Origin: Mobula birostris
Lineage: Eukaryota
DNA: 64,000 nt
Direction: 5' to 3'
NCBI RefSeq assembly: GCF_030028105.1
Contig: NC_092379.1
Coordinates: 27,459,821 to 27,523,820, forward strand
The notes beneath the pieces are model-generated. The model ran no database searches. It was given only the letters and a program-made list of their open reading frames with translations, and was not told the origin of the DNA. Positions within the stretch are counted from its first letter, which is position 1, and the number at the start of each line of letters is the position of its first letter. Shown in pieces: positions 39,390 to 52,840 of this stretch. The translations under genes were made by a program, and so were the position numbers.

Positions 39390-40915
39390 TTCTGTAGCTG
39401 GCGAATTTGCGGAGACACTAATAATGATCTATCAAGAACCGATAATTCAGGCAAGTATGGGATGACTGGAAATTTGCAAATGTTACTATGCTATTCAAGA
39501 AAGGTGGGAAGCAGCAGAAAGGGAACGATAGACCAGTTAGCCTCGTTGGAAAGTTGTTGTAATCGATAGTTAGGGATCAGGTGACCGAGTACCTGGAGGC
39601 ACATAATAAGGTATGCCAAAATCAGCGTGGTTTCCTAAAAGGAAATCCTGCGTGAGTAGCCTACTGCATTTTTTTATGCAATGTATAAACAGGATAGAGA
39701 AAGGAGATGCAGAGTCTGAGGTGTACTTGGATTTTCAGAAGGGTTTTGACAAGGTGCCGTATAGGAGGCTGCTTCGCAACAGAAGAGCCCATGGAATTAC
39801 AGGGAAGTTACTAGCATGGGTGGAACATTTGTTGATCGGCAGAAAACAGGCAGTGGAATTAAAGTGATCCTCTTCTGGCTGGCTGCCGGTTACCAGTGGA
39901 GTTCCAGAGGGGGCGGTGTTGGGAACACTGCTTTCTACGATGTATGTCAATGACTTGGACTATGGGATTAATGGACTTGTGGCGAAGTTTGCCGACGATA
40001 CAAAGATAGATGGAGGAGTGTGCAGCATGAAACAAAGTCTGCAGGGACACTGAGGTAGTTTAGAGTAATGGGTAAAAAAAGTGGCAAATTAAATACAATG
40101 TTGTAAAGTTTGGTCGAAGGTAAAACGGCCAGACAATTATTTAGATGGAGAGAGAATTCAAAACGCAGAGATAGAAAGGGACTTGTTTGTTCTTGTGCGG
40201 GATACCCTAAAGGTTAACCTCCAGTTTGAGTTGGTGGTGAAGAAAGCGAATGCAATTTTGACATTCAGTTCTTGAGGTATAGATTATAGAGCAGTGATGT
40301 GATGTTGAGGATCTATAAGGCACTCGTGAGACGACACTTGGAGTATTGTGTGCAGTTTTAGACTTCTCCTTATCTTAGAAAGTATATACTGACATTGGAG
40401 AGGGTTCAGAGAAGATTCACCAGAATAATTCCAGGAATGAAAGGGTTGCCATAAGAGGAACGTCTAGTAGCTCTTGGGCTGTATTACCTGGAATTCAGGG
40501 GAATGAGCGGGGATCCTGTAGAAACATTCCGAATGTTGAAAGGCCTGAACAGATTAGATCTGGTAAAGTTATTTCCCATGTTAGGGGGAGTCTTGGATAA
40601 GAGGGCAGGATTGAAGGACGGCCAGTCAGAACAGAGATGCGGAGAAAATACTTTAGTCAGAGGCTGAAAATCTGCTTTTATTTCATTTTTTTTTTTGCCA
40701 CGAGCGCAATGGAGGATAAGTCACTGGGTGCATTTAAGACAGAAATAGACAGATTCCTTATTAGCCAGGGTATTTCAAAGTTATGGGTTGAAGGTAGTGG
40801 AGTTGGGATGACTGCAAGAATTTGATCAGCGAGGAGTGAGTGGCGAAGCAGACTCTGTGGGCTGAATGACCTGCTTCTGCTCCTATACCTTACGGTCTTA
40901 TTGTCTTAATCTTAT
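39390..40915 (+). mobile_element. CR1 RT and 3' end, decayed
   Basis: KRKSCVSSLLHFF, YLDFQKGFDKVPY, VAKFADDTKI; GGTCTTAT-type tail. Confidence 0.9.
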
Positions 40916-40919
40916 TTAA

Positions 40920-43900
40920 GTTGAATGGAAAACGGCCAGTGAGTGAGTGGGCCAGTGAAGGAGTGGAGCTTTGAGGTTTTGACTCGAGAGATTCTTGCAG
41001 TTTTGGCAGTTGGTCTGTGCAGTCAAGTCAATCAAGATTAGAATAGATCAGCAGAAAGCTGATGATTAGGCAATCAAAATTTGCAGAAAGCAGCTGAATG
41101 GGCAATCGAGGTCAGGTAAACAAGCATTTTGAAAAGCTCAAACAGATAAATAGAGGGATAGCTCCAGCGAAGCGGCCTGTGGAAAGCGGCCACTGAGTGA
41201 GTAGGCAACTGAAGGGGTGGAGTTTTGAGCCTTTGACTCGAGAGGCTTCGATGTGAAGAGGCGGAGGATAAGCTTGCTCGCAGTTTGTCTTTACAATGTC
41301 TCCTGAGACGGTATGTACCTCTCATGTGGGATGTGACAGTCTTGGGGGTACGCCCCTCTCCCGCAGAGTCACATCTGCCAAAAGTGCTTACGACTGGGCG
41401 ATCTGGAAGACCGGGTAAGGAATCTGGAGCAGCATCTGGATGACCTTCGACTCATAAGGGAGAATGAGGCAGTCATAGATCAGAGATACAGGGAGGTAGT
41501 CACACCTAGGCTGTCGGATGCAGGTCGTTGGGTGGCAATCAGAGGGGGGGGGGGGAAGCGAAAGTGAGCAGACAGGTAGTGCAGAGCACCCCTGTAGCTA
41601 TTCCCCTGAATAATAAGCTTATTGTCCTAGATATTGTTGGCGGGGACGACCGACCAGGTGTGAGCCACGGTGGCAGGGCCTCCGGCATTGAGTCTGACCC
41701 GGTGGTGCAGAAGGGTGGGTCGGAGAAGAGGAGTGCTGACTTCATTGGAGACTCTATGGTAGGTGGAGCAGACAGGAGACTTGGTGGACGTGAGAAGGAC
41801 ACCCGCATGGTTTGTTGCCTCCCGGGTGCCTGGGTCCGGGATGTTAATGACCGGGTGCACGACATCCTAGTACGAAAGGGAAAGCAACCAGCAGTCGTGA
41901 TACATGTAGGGCTCAACGACATAGGCAGGAAGAGGGATGAGGTCCTGTAGTGTGAGTTTCGGAAACAATGCAGAAGGCTGTCGAGGAGGACCGCAAGGGT
42001 GGCGTTCTCAGGATAGCTCCTGTGCTACGTGACAGTGATGGTAAGAACTGGAGGAGATGGCAGTTGAATACGTGGCTGAGGAGTTGGTGCAGGGAGCAGG
42101 GTTTTAGATTTTTGGATCTCTGGGATCTCTTCTGGGGAAGGAGGGACTTGTACAGATTGGATGGGTTGCACCTGAACTCGAGGGGGAGTAATGTCCTTGC
42201 AGTTAGGCTTGCTAACATGGTTCGGGAGAGTTTAAAATAATTCGCAAGAGGGATGTGACCCAGGCCAATAGAAAAAGTGACAGAAGTCACATTTAGAGAG
42301 GCTTTGGGAAAGGGAAGCAGAATAAATGGTGTAAAGACAGTAAGGTAAAAGGGCTGAAATGTGTGTACCTCAATGCAAGAAGCATCAGGAACAAACGGAT
42401 GAAACGAGAGCTTGGATAAATACATGGGATTATGATGTAGTTGCCATAACAGAGACTTGGCTGGCACCAGGTCAGGAATGGGTGCTCAATATTCCTGGAT
42501 TTCAGTGCTTTAAAAGGGATAGAGTGGGCGGGAAAAGGCGGAAAAGGGGTGGCATTACTGGCCAAGGACACTATTAGAGCTACAGATATGGTGGGTACTG
42601 TAGAAAGATCCTGTTTTAAGTCAGTATGCGTGGAAGTCAGGAACAGGAGGGGAGCAGTTACTCTATTGAGGGTATTCTTTGGGCCACCTGGTATCAGCAA
42701 AGATACAGAGGAGCAGATTGGGATGCAGATTTTGGAAAGGTGCGAAAATCACAGAGTTGTTATCATGCGTGACTTTAACTTCCCTAAAATTGATTGGCAA
42801 CTGATTAGTTACAAGGGTATAGATGGGGCAGAGGTTGTTAAATGTGTCCACGACGGGTTCCTATCACAGTATGTGGACAGGCCGACTACGGGGAATGCCA
42901 TACCAGATCTGGTATTAGAGAATCAACCGGGTCAGTTCACAGATCTCTCAGTGGGTGAGCGTCTGGGGGACAGTGACCACTGCTCCCTGGCCTTTACCAT
43001 TATCATGGAAAAGGATGGAATCAGAGAGGAGAGGACAATGTTTAATTGGGGAAGGGCAAATTATAAGGCTATAAGTCTGAAACTTGCGGGTGTGAATTGG
43101 AATGATGTTTTTTTGCAGGGAAATATACTATGGACATGTGGGTATTGTTTAGAGATCTCTTGCAGGATGTTAGGGATAAAATTGTCGGGGTGAGGAAAAT
43201 AAAGAATGGTAGGGTGAAGGACCATGGGTGACAAGTGAGGTGGACAATCTAGTCAGGTGGAAGAAGGCAGGATACATGAGATTTAGGAAGCAAGGATCAG
43301 ATGGGCCTATTGAGTGATATAGGGAAGCAAGAAAGGAGCTTAAGAAGGAGCTGAGAAGAGCATGAAGGGGGTATGAGAAGGCCTTGGCGAGTAGGGTAAA
43401 GGAAAACCCCAATGCGTTCTCCAATTTTGTGAAGCAGAAGAAGGATGACAGGAGTGAAGCAATATCGATTAGAGATAAAGTTTGGAAGATGTGCCTGGAG
43501 GCTGTGGAAGTGAGCGAGGTCCTCAATGAATACTTCTCTTCGATATTCACCAATTAGAGGGAACTTGATGAAAGTGAGGACAATTTGAGTGATGTTGATG
43601 TTCTGGAGCATATTGATATTAAGGGAGAGGAGTTGTTGGAGTTGTTAAAATACATCAGGACGGATAAGTCCTCGGGGCCTGACGGAATGTTCCCCAGGCT
43701 ACTCCATGAGGCGAGGGAAGAGATTTGTGAGCCTGTGGCTAGGATTTTCTGTCCTCGTTGCCCACGGGAATGGAATCGGAGGATTGGAGGGAGGCGAATG
43801 TTGTCCCCTTGTTTAAAAAGGTTAGTAGGGATAGTCCGGGTAATTATAGCCCAGTGAGCCTTACGTCTGTGGTGAGAAATCTGTTGGAAAAGAATCTTAG

Positions 43901-45227
43901 AGGTAGGATCTTTGGGCATTTAGAGAATCATGGTCAGATCAGGAACAGTGAGCATGGCTTTGTGAAGGACAGATCGTGTCTAACAAGCCTGATAGAGTTC
44001 TTTGAGGAGGTGACCAGGCATATATATGAGGGTAGTACAGTGGATGTGATCTATATGGAATTAATTAAGGCATTTGACAAGGTTCGACACGGTAGTCTTA
44101 TTCAGAAAGTCACAAGCAATGTGATCCAGGGAAGTTTGACCATGTGGATTCAGAATTGGCTTGCCTGCAGAACGCAGAGGGTCGTGCTGGAGGGAGTACC
44201 TTCAGATTGGAGGAATGTGTCTAGTGGTATCCCAAAGGATCTGTTCTGGGACCTCTACGTTTCGTGATTTTTTTTTTATCAACGGCTGGATGTGGAGGTA
44301 GAAGGGTAGGTTGGGAAGTTTATAGACGACACAAAGATTGGTGGTGATGTAGGCAGTGTAGAGGATTGTCAAAAAATGCAGAGAGACTCTGATAGAATGC
44401 AGAAGTGGGCTGAGAAGTGGCAGATGGAGTTTAACCTGGAGAAGTGTGAGGTGGTACACTTTGGAAGGACAAACTCCAAGGCAAAGTACAAAGTAAATGG
44501 TAGGATACTTGGTAGTGTGGAGGAGCAGAGGGATCGGGGGGGGGGGAGGGTACATGTCCACAGATCCCCGAAAGTTGCCTCACAGGTGGATAGGGTAATT
44601 AAGAAAGCTTATGTGGTGTTAGTATTTATAAGTCGAGGGATAGAGTTTAAGAGTCGCGATGTAATGATGCAGCTCTACAACACTCTGGTTAGGCCACACT
44701 TTGAGTACTGTGTCCAGTTCTGGTCGCCTCACTATATGAAGGATGTGAAAACATTGGAAAGGGTACAGAGGATATTTAGCAGGATGCTGCCTGGTTTAGA
44801 GCATATGCTTTATGATCACAGATTGGAGCAGCTAGGGTTTTACTCTTTGGAGAGAATGATGTTGAGAGGAGACATGATAGAGGTGTACTAGATAATAAGA
44901 GGAATAGATAGAATGGATAGCCAGCACCTCTCACCCAGGGCACCACTGCTCAATACAAAAGGACATGGCTTTAAGGTAAGGGGTGGGAAGTTCAAGGGGG
45001 ATATTAGAGGAAGGTTTTCTACTCTGATAGTGGTTGGTGCGTGGAATGCACTGTCTGTTTCAGTGGTGGAGGCAGATACACCAGTGAAGTTTAAGAGACT
45101 ACTAGACAGATATATGGAGGAATTTAAGGTGGGTCTTATATGGGAGACAGGTTTTGAGGGTCGGCACAACATTGTGGACCGAAGTGCCTGTACTGTGCTG
45201 TACTATTCTATGTTCTATGTTCTATAT
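40920..45227 (+). mobile_element. Near full-length CR1 (5' UTR repeats, ORF1 zinc finger plus SGNH esterase, ORF2 EN-RT, tail), disrupted
   Basis: IGDSMV...MVCCLPGAWVRD...VIHVGLNDIG and LYRLDGLHLN (esterase); YDVVAITETWL, DFNFPKIDW, SDH (EN); NYSPVSLTSVV (RT); (TTCTATG)n tail. Confidence 0.95.
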
Positions 45228-46112
45228 TAGACATAATTTTGTTTGCGAATCCTTTATGTCAATTGATGCAAGAATGGGACACCATTGCGGAGGGTCGAAG
45301 GGATGGGCCTGGACATAAATAATCCAGTAAATATTCTTTTCCATCCTTGACTCAAAAGAACAGGGTATCGGATTAAGTTGGGAGAATGCATGCTAAACGG
45401 AGAAATAAATGATAACTGTTTTTATCAAAACAAAAACAGGTTGTGGCTTATATCTCTAACTTGCAGGCAAAGAGGGTCATGTAAGGACGTTGCCCTATGG
45501 TATTTCAGGTGCATAAACTGGCAATGGAAAGTGGGTGTATCCGCAACATAGAAAGATGAAGTTGGGCGAGATGGCATCCAGCGGAAATTCAGTTTTCTTT
45601 ACCGAAATACCTATTGAGTCGATGCCAACTGACGCTTTATCGTTATCCTGCTTGAGTCTGTGCTGTATGTCTCCTTAAACGACTCGGAATTTTGCGGTAC
45701 CTCAGTTAGGGAAAGCACCTTGTGTTTTTCGACTGTAATGGATGGGAACATACCAAATGCATGTTTTTTTTTTTTCTATGTGATTCTACGATGTCGCTTC
45801 CGATTCTTCCATTCTTGCATGCAGTTCAAACTATTGCACGGAAGAAGTAATGTACGCGTGGTCTCGTGTTATCTGTCACGATTGAATTGGTTGGTTGTAC
45901 TGAGGAACAAAGAAGTAGGGAGGGTCTGGGCGGCTTAAGGAACTGAGTTGATTCTGGGTGTTTGAGAAGAAACTAGGTTTGTATTACGCGTTTGCGACCA
46001 ATAATATAACAAGAAGAGAAGAAAAACATCACACTCCTTCCGAATTTCTAAACAACACCTTCTTTGCTAGTAAGATTAGTTCGGTGGAAATTCATAGTCA
46101 GTGGATAGAAGC

Positions 46113-46973
46113 ATGTTGATTCGATTTATATGTTCGTTTCTTATTGCAGCAATAGTCTTGTTCGGTAAGTTTTTGGCGTTCGAACATTGCGGCTCGTATC
46201 CATGCAGTGTAGCTTAATGCATCAGTCAATACCAGCAATGCAATGTTGAGAAGGACGTGGAAGCAGTCAGTGGAGCAAAAAAGGTCTACGGCTCCAGTTA
46301 TTCTGTAACTTACATTTTAATATTTGAGAGGAGTTTAGAAGGCGATTGTGACTGAGTCGGTTGCTTCTTCTGACTTTAAAATATCGCGCCTTTTCCCGCT
46401 GGAATGTAATGGAGACATGCTCACATGCAAATAGAAAAGTTTGTAAAGATCTTTGTTTTTTCTTCTTTTATTTTCATTTTTAATAATTGAATTTAATTGA
46501 CCACATGCCCTTTCTTGGTGTCCACACACAACTCTGCGGGATGGATATGTATAACTAAATCTCTCCACCCGCTTCGCATGTCGGTTGAAGAGATCATAAG
46601 GCGATCCGAAGTGTACGTTCTGCAGGATATGATTGTTTATTTCAAATATGTTTTGGACTCTTTCAGGATATGGTCGAGGCGATGCCGTTTTTCAAACACC
46701 TATTACGGCCACAGTAAGTGAAGGGGTTGATGCGTTGTTGGACTGTAACTATACCACTACAATCACAAGCAATGTTGCATTATTCTGGTATCGTCAGTAT
46801 GCCGGCGGATCTCCAGAGCTCCTTTCGAGACGGACTAATTACGACAGTAACCAAAATGAAATTCCAGGCCAACGTTTCACAGCGCAGCTGGATGTTTCGA
46901 GGGGTACTGTCCCACTGACCGTGTCCGAGGCACAACTAGGAGATGCGGCCTTATATTTCTGCGCTCTGAGCCA
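46113..46973 (+). CDS. TRAV/TRDV: TCR alpha/delta-type V segment V3 (family 2), intact; leader 46113-46164, intron 46165-46666, V exon 46667-46973
   Basis: MLIRFICSFLIAAIVLF-GYGRGDAVFQTP...LLDCNYTTTITSNVALFWYRQYAGGSPELL...GQRFTAQLD...GDAALYFCALS; donor G|GTAAGT, acceptor TTTCAG. Confidence 0.93.
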
Positions 46974-47012
46974 CACAAAGGCATAAACCTTATCTGTGAT
47001 TGTACAAAAACT
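46974..47012 (+). other. 23-RSS of V3, non-canonical heptamer
   Basis: CACAAAG, 23 nt, ACAAAAACT. Confidence 0.88.
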
Positions 47013-47149
47013 ACGTGTTCTCCCTAGAGCCATCTGGTTGTAACTGCAGTTTTGCATGCAGCAGCAAATCTGAGCTGATTCCTGTAATTCTGACAATAGT
47101 AACATATATTTCGTTATTATTGTTCATCTTTAAGGTCATGTTTGGGAAA

Positions 47150-48375
47150 TCTTACTGAATTTTTTGATGAGGTTACTGGAAAGTTGACTAGGGTAATGCA
47201 GTGGATGTTTTCTATATGGACTTGATTAAGGCCTTTGACAAGGTTCCACACGGAAGGGTAGTTAGAAAGGTTCAATGGTTAGGCATTGATATCGGAGTAG
47301 TAAAATGGAGTCAGCAGTGGCTGAATGGGAGACGATGGGAGACGCCAGAGAGTAGTGGTGAATAACTGTGGGTCATATTGGAGGACGGTGTGTATTGCTG
47401 TGCCTCAAGGATCTGTACTGGGTCCAATGTTGATTGTCATATATATTAAAGATTTGGATGATGGGGTAGGAAACTGGATTAGTAAGTATGCAGATGATAC
47501 TAAGTTAAGTGGAGTTGTGGATAATGAAGTAAATTTTGAAAGCTTGCAGATCACTTCGGAGAGTGGGCTCAAAGATGGCAGATGGAGGTTAATGCTGATA
47601 AATGTAAGGTGCTACATTTTGGTAGCACTAGTCGAAATAGGGCATGCATGGTAAATGGTGGGGCATCGAAGAATGCAGTAGAACAGAGGGAACTGGGAAT
47701 AATGGTGCATAGCTCCCATGTGGATAGGGTGGTGAAGAAAGCTCTTGGTATGTTGGCCTTCATAAATCAGAGCATTGGCTATAAGGGTTGGGTTGCAATG
47801 CTGAAATTGCATAAGGCATTGGTGAGGCCAAATTTGGAGCACTGTGTACAGTTCTAGTCACCGAATTATAGAAAAGATATCAATAAAATTGAGAGAGTAC
47901 AGAGGGGATTTACTAAAATGTTGCCTGCGTTTCATCTCCTATCTAACAGAGAAAGGTTGAACATGTTAGGTCTTCATTCTTTGCAGCGTACAAAGTTGAG
48001 GGCGGTATTTGAAATTTCAGGGGAATAGAGAGAGTTGACGAGGGTAAGCTTTCTCCATTGAGAGTGGGGGAGATTCAAACAAGAGGACATGAGGTGAGAG
48101 TTAAGGGGCAAAAGTTTAGGGGTAACATGAGGGGGAACTTATTTACGTAGAGAGTGGTAGCTATGTGGAATGAGCTTCCAGCAGAAGTGGTTCAAGCAGG
48201 TTCAATGTTGTCGTTTAAAGTTAAATTGGATAGCTATCTAGACAGGGAAGGAATGGAGGGTTATGGGCTGAGTGCAGATTGGTGGGACTAGGTATGAGTT
48301 CGGCACGGACTAGAAGGGCCGAGATGGCCTTTTTATGTGCTGTATTGTTATATGCTTCTATGTTATATGGTTTAA
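47150..48375 (+). mobile_element. CR1 RT and 3' end
   Basis: VPQGSVLGPMLIVIYIKDLDDG...KYADDTK, RPNLEHCVQF; TTATATG-type tail. Confidence 0.9.
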
Positions 48376-48794
48376 ATATACCGATCTAATCAGTTTCAAC
48401 AGGCTGCTTCTGAATCGGTCCTCCTGCGCAGCGTGTAGGATAACTCTAATGCAGTTATTCAAAGAGCGAAAGAAAGCCCACGCAACCAAATGGTCTTCAG
48501 GGAACATACCAACTCTCAAAACGCTGTAGTCCCTTAAGACTGGTTTATTGAGTTTGACATTTGCAGCAATAGGCTATTTTCTCCTCAGCTCCCTCAAAAC
48601 AGAATAACAAAACCCGAAAAGACAGTTAACTTTCCACCAACAATCACAAAGTGATCGATATAAGTAGTACATTTTGGGATGTAGTAAGGAATCTTCATGC
48701 AAGGTCAACAATCTGACATATTGCTCCATTGTGCAAATTCGATCGCCATCCACAGGAATACATAACAGTATCATCCACCGCACATCGTCATTCA

Positions 48795-49385
48795 TAGAAA
48801 CATAGAAACACAGAAAACTCACAAAACAATACAGGCCCTTCGGTCCACTGACTTTTGCTGAACATGTCCCGACCTTAGAAGTTACCGGGGTAACCCAGAG
48901 CACTCTATTATTCTAAGATAACTAGTACCTATCCAAACGTCTCTGAAAAGACCCTATCCTATTTGACTCCACTACCGTTGTCGGCAGCCCAGTCTACGCA
49001 ATCACCACTCTCTGCGTTAAAAAAAAAAAAAAAAAAAAACTACCCCTGACACCCCTGACACCTCCTCTGTACCTAGAGATCAGCACATTAAACCTGTGCC
49101 CTCTTGTGGCAGGTATTTCAGACCTAGGAAAAAGCCTCTGACTATCCACACGATCAATGCCTCTCATCATCTTATACGCCTCTATCAGGTCACCTCTCAA
49201 CCTCCGTCGTTCCAAGGAGAAACCGCCGAGTTCACTTAACCCGTTTTCATAAGGCATGCTCCCCAATCCAGGCAACATCCTTGTAAAATCTCCTCTGTAC
49301 CCTTTCTTTGATTTCCACATCCTTCCTGCGGTGAGGCGACCAGAACTGAGCAGCCCTCCACACTATCCACATCACCCCCAACATT
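48795..49385 (-). mobile_element. CR1 3' fragment
   Basis: FSLERRRLRGDLIEAYKMMRGIDRVD; (CATAGAAA)n tail. Confidence 0.9.
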
Positions 49386-51968
49386 CGTGTTAACAGCACT
49401 TTGAAATACTGCGATGTAGGGGACACAAATGCACTCGCTCCTGATTAGTCACTGGAAATACAGAAAAGTCACACAAAATTTATAACTACGTGCATTATTT
49501 TCCAAATGTTCAGTTCCCTCCAAGTGTGGTCATATGTGCCTTAAGTAGACGAAGAACAGAGGCAACCTCTTTCCCAAGATATTTGAAACGGGACAGTAGG
49601 TACATATCCTTTGAGAAAATTGCAGTACCTTCTAAAGTAACTAGTCACAACGGAAACAGCTGTAATGAATCAGAATAAGACACTCCCCCACAGGACATCA
49701 GTACATCAACACTTTCTGTGGAAAGGACTGGCTTTGTCCGGTATGTGCTGTTGTGCAGACATTTCGGTTGTTTCCGTTCTTTTTTGTCAATAAAAGTTAA
49801 GTTTACCCCCGTTTTTGAAGTTGCTGTTTGATATTTTCGAACTTTAACTTCTAGTCTGCAAAAGCAAACTGTATTCAGAAACAACAAACTAATCTTGCAA
49901 GAGTGTTAGTCCGCTCTCAGTAGTGATAATCTGATGAGAGCACTGGTGCCGGAAGAATATGGATATTAACTCGCAGTTCAATATATTAAGCCATTAAGAT
50001 GTTGAGATAATTTGAAGGCGCGTCATAATTTTGCTAAATAGGGCCGAGCTGAAAGATAATGATAAGGGGAAATAATTATTTGCGGTAACATCACAAGGAT
50101 TGTATTTACAACCAGGTGCTTTGGGAGTATTAATACACGTTATATGCATAATAGGGCAAATGCAGGTGAAGCACCGGCTGAGCTACCTGCAGCCGAAGTG
50201 TGACCAGATAGAGCTAAATGGGGATGTTGCAATAATAACGGTGATAAGTTTTCTCTTCCTATAACATGGCTAAATATCATGACTTGTCAATGTTGCTGTG
50301 ATATGAACGCTCCAAGACCATTGATAAGTGTAGGATTGTAGCATAGTCGGAGATCCTACTCATTGTGGAATATGTGGTAAGAAACTAAATGGAGGCCTAT
50401 CCTGAGATTATATGGATTTTGTTTCTGGCGAATTGCACGACGAAATGTCCAAGATGAAGAGTGATTCTCATTAAAAAGAAACTCGATAAAAGAAAGACTA
50501 AATTGTTCCAGGGTTGCTGATTAAGTCGAGGCAAAGCTTTGTGCATTCATATTTGTTACTTTGCAGATGTAAATTGGGGAAATGTTGAGCATCCGCAACA
50601 GCAGAGTACATTCTACTCCAACAGCAGTTACATGGACTTGCCAAAGGGAAGACTATCAATGACAGCCATTGTCAAGGGAATGCTTGGTTCTTGCTTCTAT
50701 CACTGGGAAAGAATACTGGAGTCATAAGTCACACACCAACGAATTAAAGAAAAACAGAAAGGCTATGGCCCTGTAGCCATGTGGATCCTGAGTGAACGTG
50801 GAAAACTTCACTCACCTCAGTTCTGAGCTGATTGCACAACCGACAGACTCACTTTAATGATAATTCGTTGTCGCAGCATGTTCTTTTTTTTTAAACTGGG
50901 AGTGTTTTCTTCTTTTTGCACCTTAGTTGCGTGCCCGTCTATAGTTACATATATTGTAATTAATGTATTGTAATTATTTATTTCCTGATTATCTGTGACA
51001 TAACTATTCACCATTATTAAATTTAATGGCTACCAGGGCATTATAACTAAATTTTAGATATAATTTATTTGCGGATCCTTCAAGTCAATTGTAGCACGAT
51101 AATGACACTTGCGGAGGGTCGCTGGGGTGGCGCTGCACATAAATTATCCAGTAATTACATTTTTTCCAAACCTGACTTGAAACATTGGGTTTAGGTTTCA
51201 GTTGACAGGATAAATGCCAAACGAGAAATGAATGCTAAGTACTTCTCAAAAAACAGGAAGTGGTTTATATCTCTAACTTTCTGACAAAGAGATAAATATA
51301 AACACGTTCATTTTTTCTGTTCCAGGTGCATGAATTGGCGAAGGGAACTGGGTGTATCCACAACGTAGAAAGAGGAGGTTGAGCGAGATGAGGCTCGACG
51401 GAAATTCCGGTTTCTTTGCCGAAAAATCTATTAAATTCAGGGCAAGTGACTTTTTATCGATGTACTGCTTCAGTACTATAAAAAGGAAGCAGACGTCAAC
51501 ATACAAAAAAAAGACATTTACTGAATTGTGCTGTATATCTCCTTCGTATTTTCCCAAATGTTCCATTACTCACTTAGAAAGCAACTCTTATGTGTACACT
51601 TTACAGAATGGAAACATACCATGTATCTTTTTTTCTACGTCACACTGTGATGTCACTTCTGATTCTTCCATCTTTGCTAAATTACCTTACATGCAGCTCA
51701 AAGCTTTTCACGGAAGTTGTAACGTCGGTCAGATTGCGTCTTATCTGCCAGTAATGAATTGATTGGTTGTTCTGAGAAACAAAGACTTAGTGATGGATTA
51801 CAAGGATTCAGTTGATTGGGGGTGTTAGAGAAGCAAAGAGCTTTGTGCTTATTGGATGCGACCAATAATATAACTAGAGACGATAGACATTACACTCCGT
51901 CCGAATTTCAACTTAAAACTTTCTTATCAATGAGATTCTCTCAGTTGAAATTCACAGTCTGTGCAGAC

Positions 51969-52840
51969 ATGCTGTCCCAATTAAAATATACGTTCCTTAT
52001 TGCAGCAGCGTTCCTGACCGGTAAGTTTCTGGAGTTTTCAACATTGTGATTCTCATGGGTGCAGAGAAGGATTTTTTTTAGTCAATACCCGGAATCCAAT
52101 ATTGGCAACGTCAGGGAAATAATCAAAGAACACGAAAGACGTGCATATTCAGATCTTCTGTAACTGACATTATAATGTTTGAAGGGAGTTTCCAGGTAAA
52201 GCAGTGTTGAGCCCATTCTTGCCCATTCATGGTGAAATGTTACGCTTTTTGTTTTTCTTTTTCTTTTTTTTTCCGCGGGATATGTAATGGGAAACTGCAA
52301 ACACTGATAGAAAAGTTTGGAAGGATTTTTTTCGGTGCTTCTGATCTCTTCTTTTAAACAATTAAATTCATCCTTCTATGGAACCATCACAGAAATCTCT
52401 GTAGAACGAGGATTTTGATTCGACTACCGTCGAGTCCCAACTCAGGTCAGTACCAGAGATCATGCTGCGATAGAGAAGTGTACGCACAGCAAAATAGTGT
52501 AGTTTGATTGAAATATCTTTTGGATTCTTTCAGGTCATTGTCGAGGCGATGCCGTTTTTCAGACACCGAGTACATCCACAGTGATCGAAGGTGGTGAAGC
52601 ACTGTTGAAATGTAACTATACTACTACAAGCATTGGCGAGTTTACAATACACTGGTACCGTCAGTACCCCGGCGGATCTCTGGAGCACCTGCTGCTCCGG
52701 ACGAAATACGACGCTAACCCGATGAAGACCCCAGGACAACGCTTCGCGGCACTGCTGGACGATTCGAGCAGAACGGTCCCGCTCACTGTGTCTGAAGCGC
52801 AGCTAGGGGACGAGGCTCTGTACTTCTGCGCGCTGAGACC
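51969..52840 (+). CDS. TRAV/TRDV: TCR alpha/delta-type V segment V4 (family 2), intact; leader 51969-52020, intron 52021-52533, V exon 52534-52840
   Basis: MLSQLKYTFLIAAAFLT-GHCRGDAVFQTP...LLKCNYTTTSIGEFTIHWYRQYPGGSLEHL...GQRFAALLD...GDEALYFCALR; donor G|GTAAGT, acceptor TTTCAG. Confidence 0.93.
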
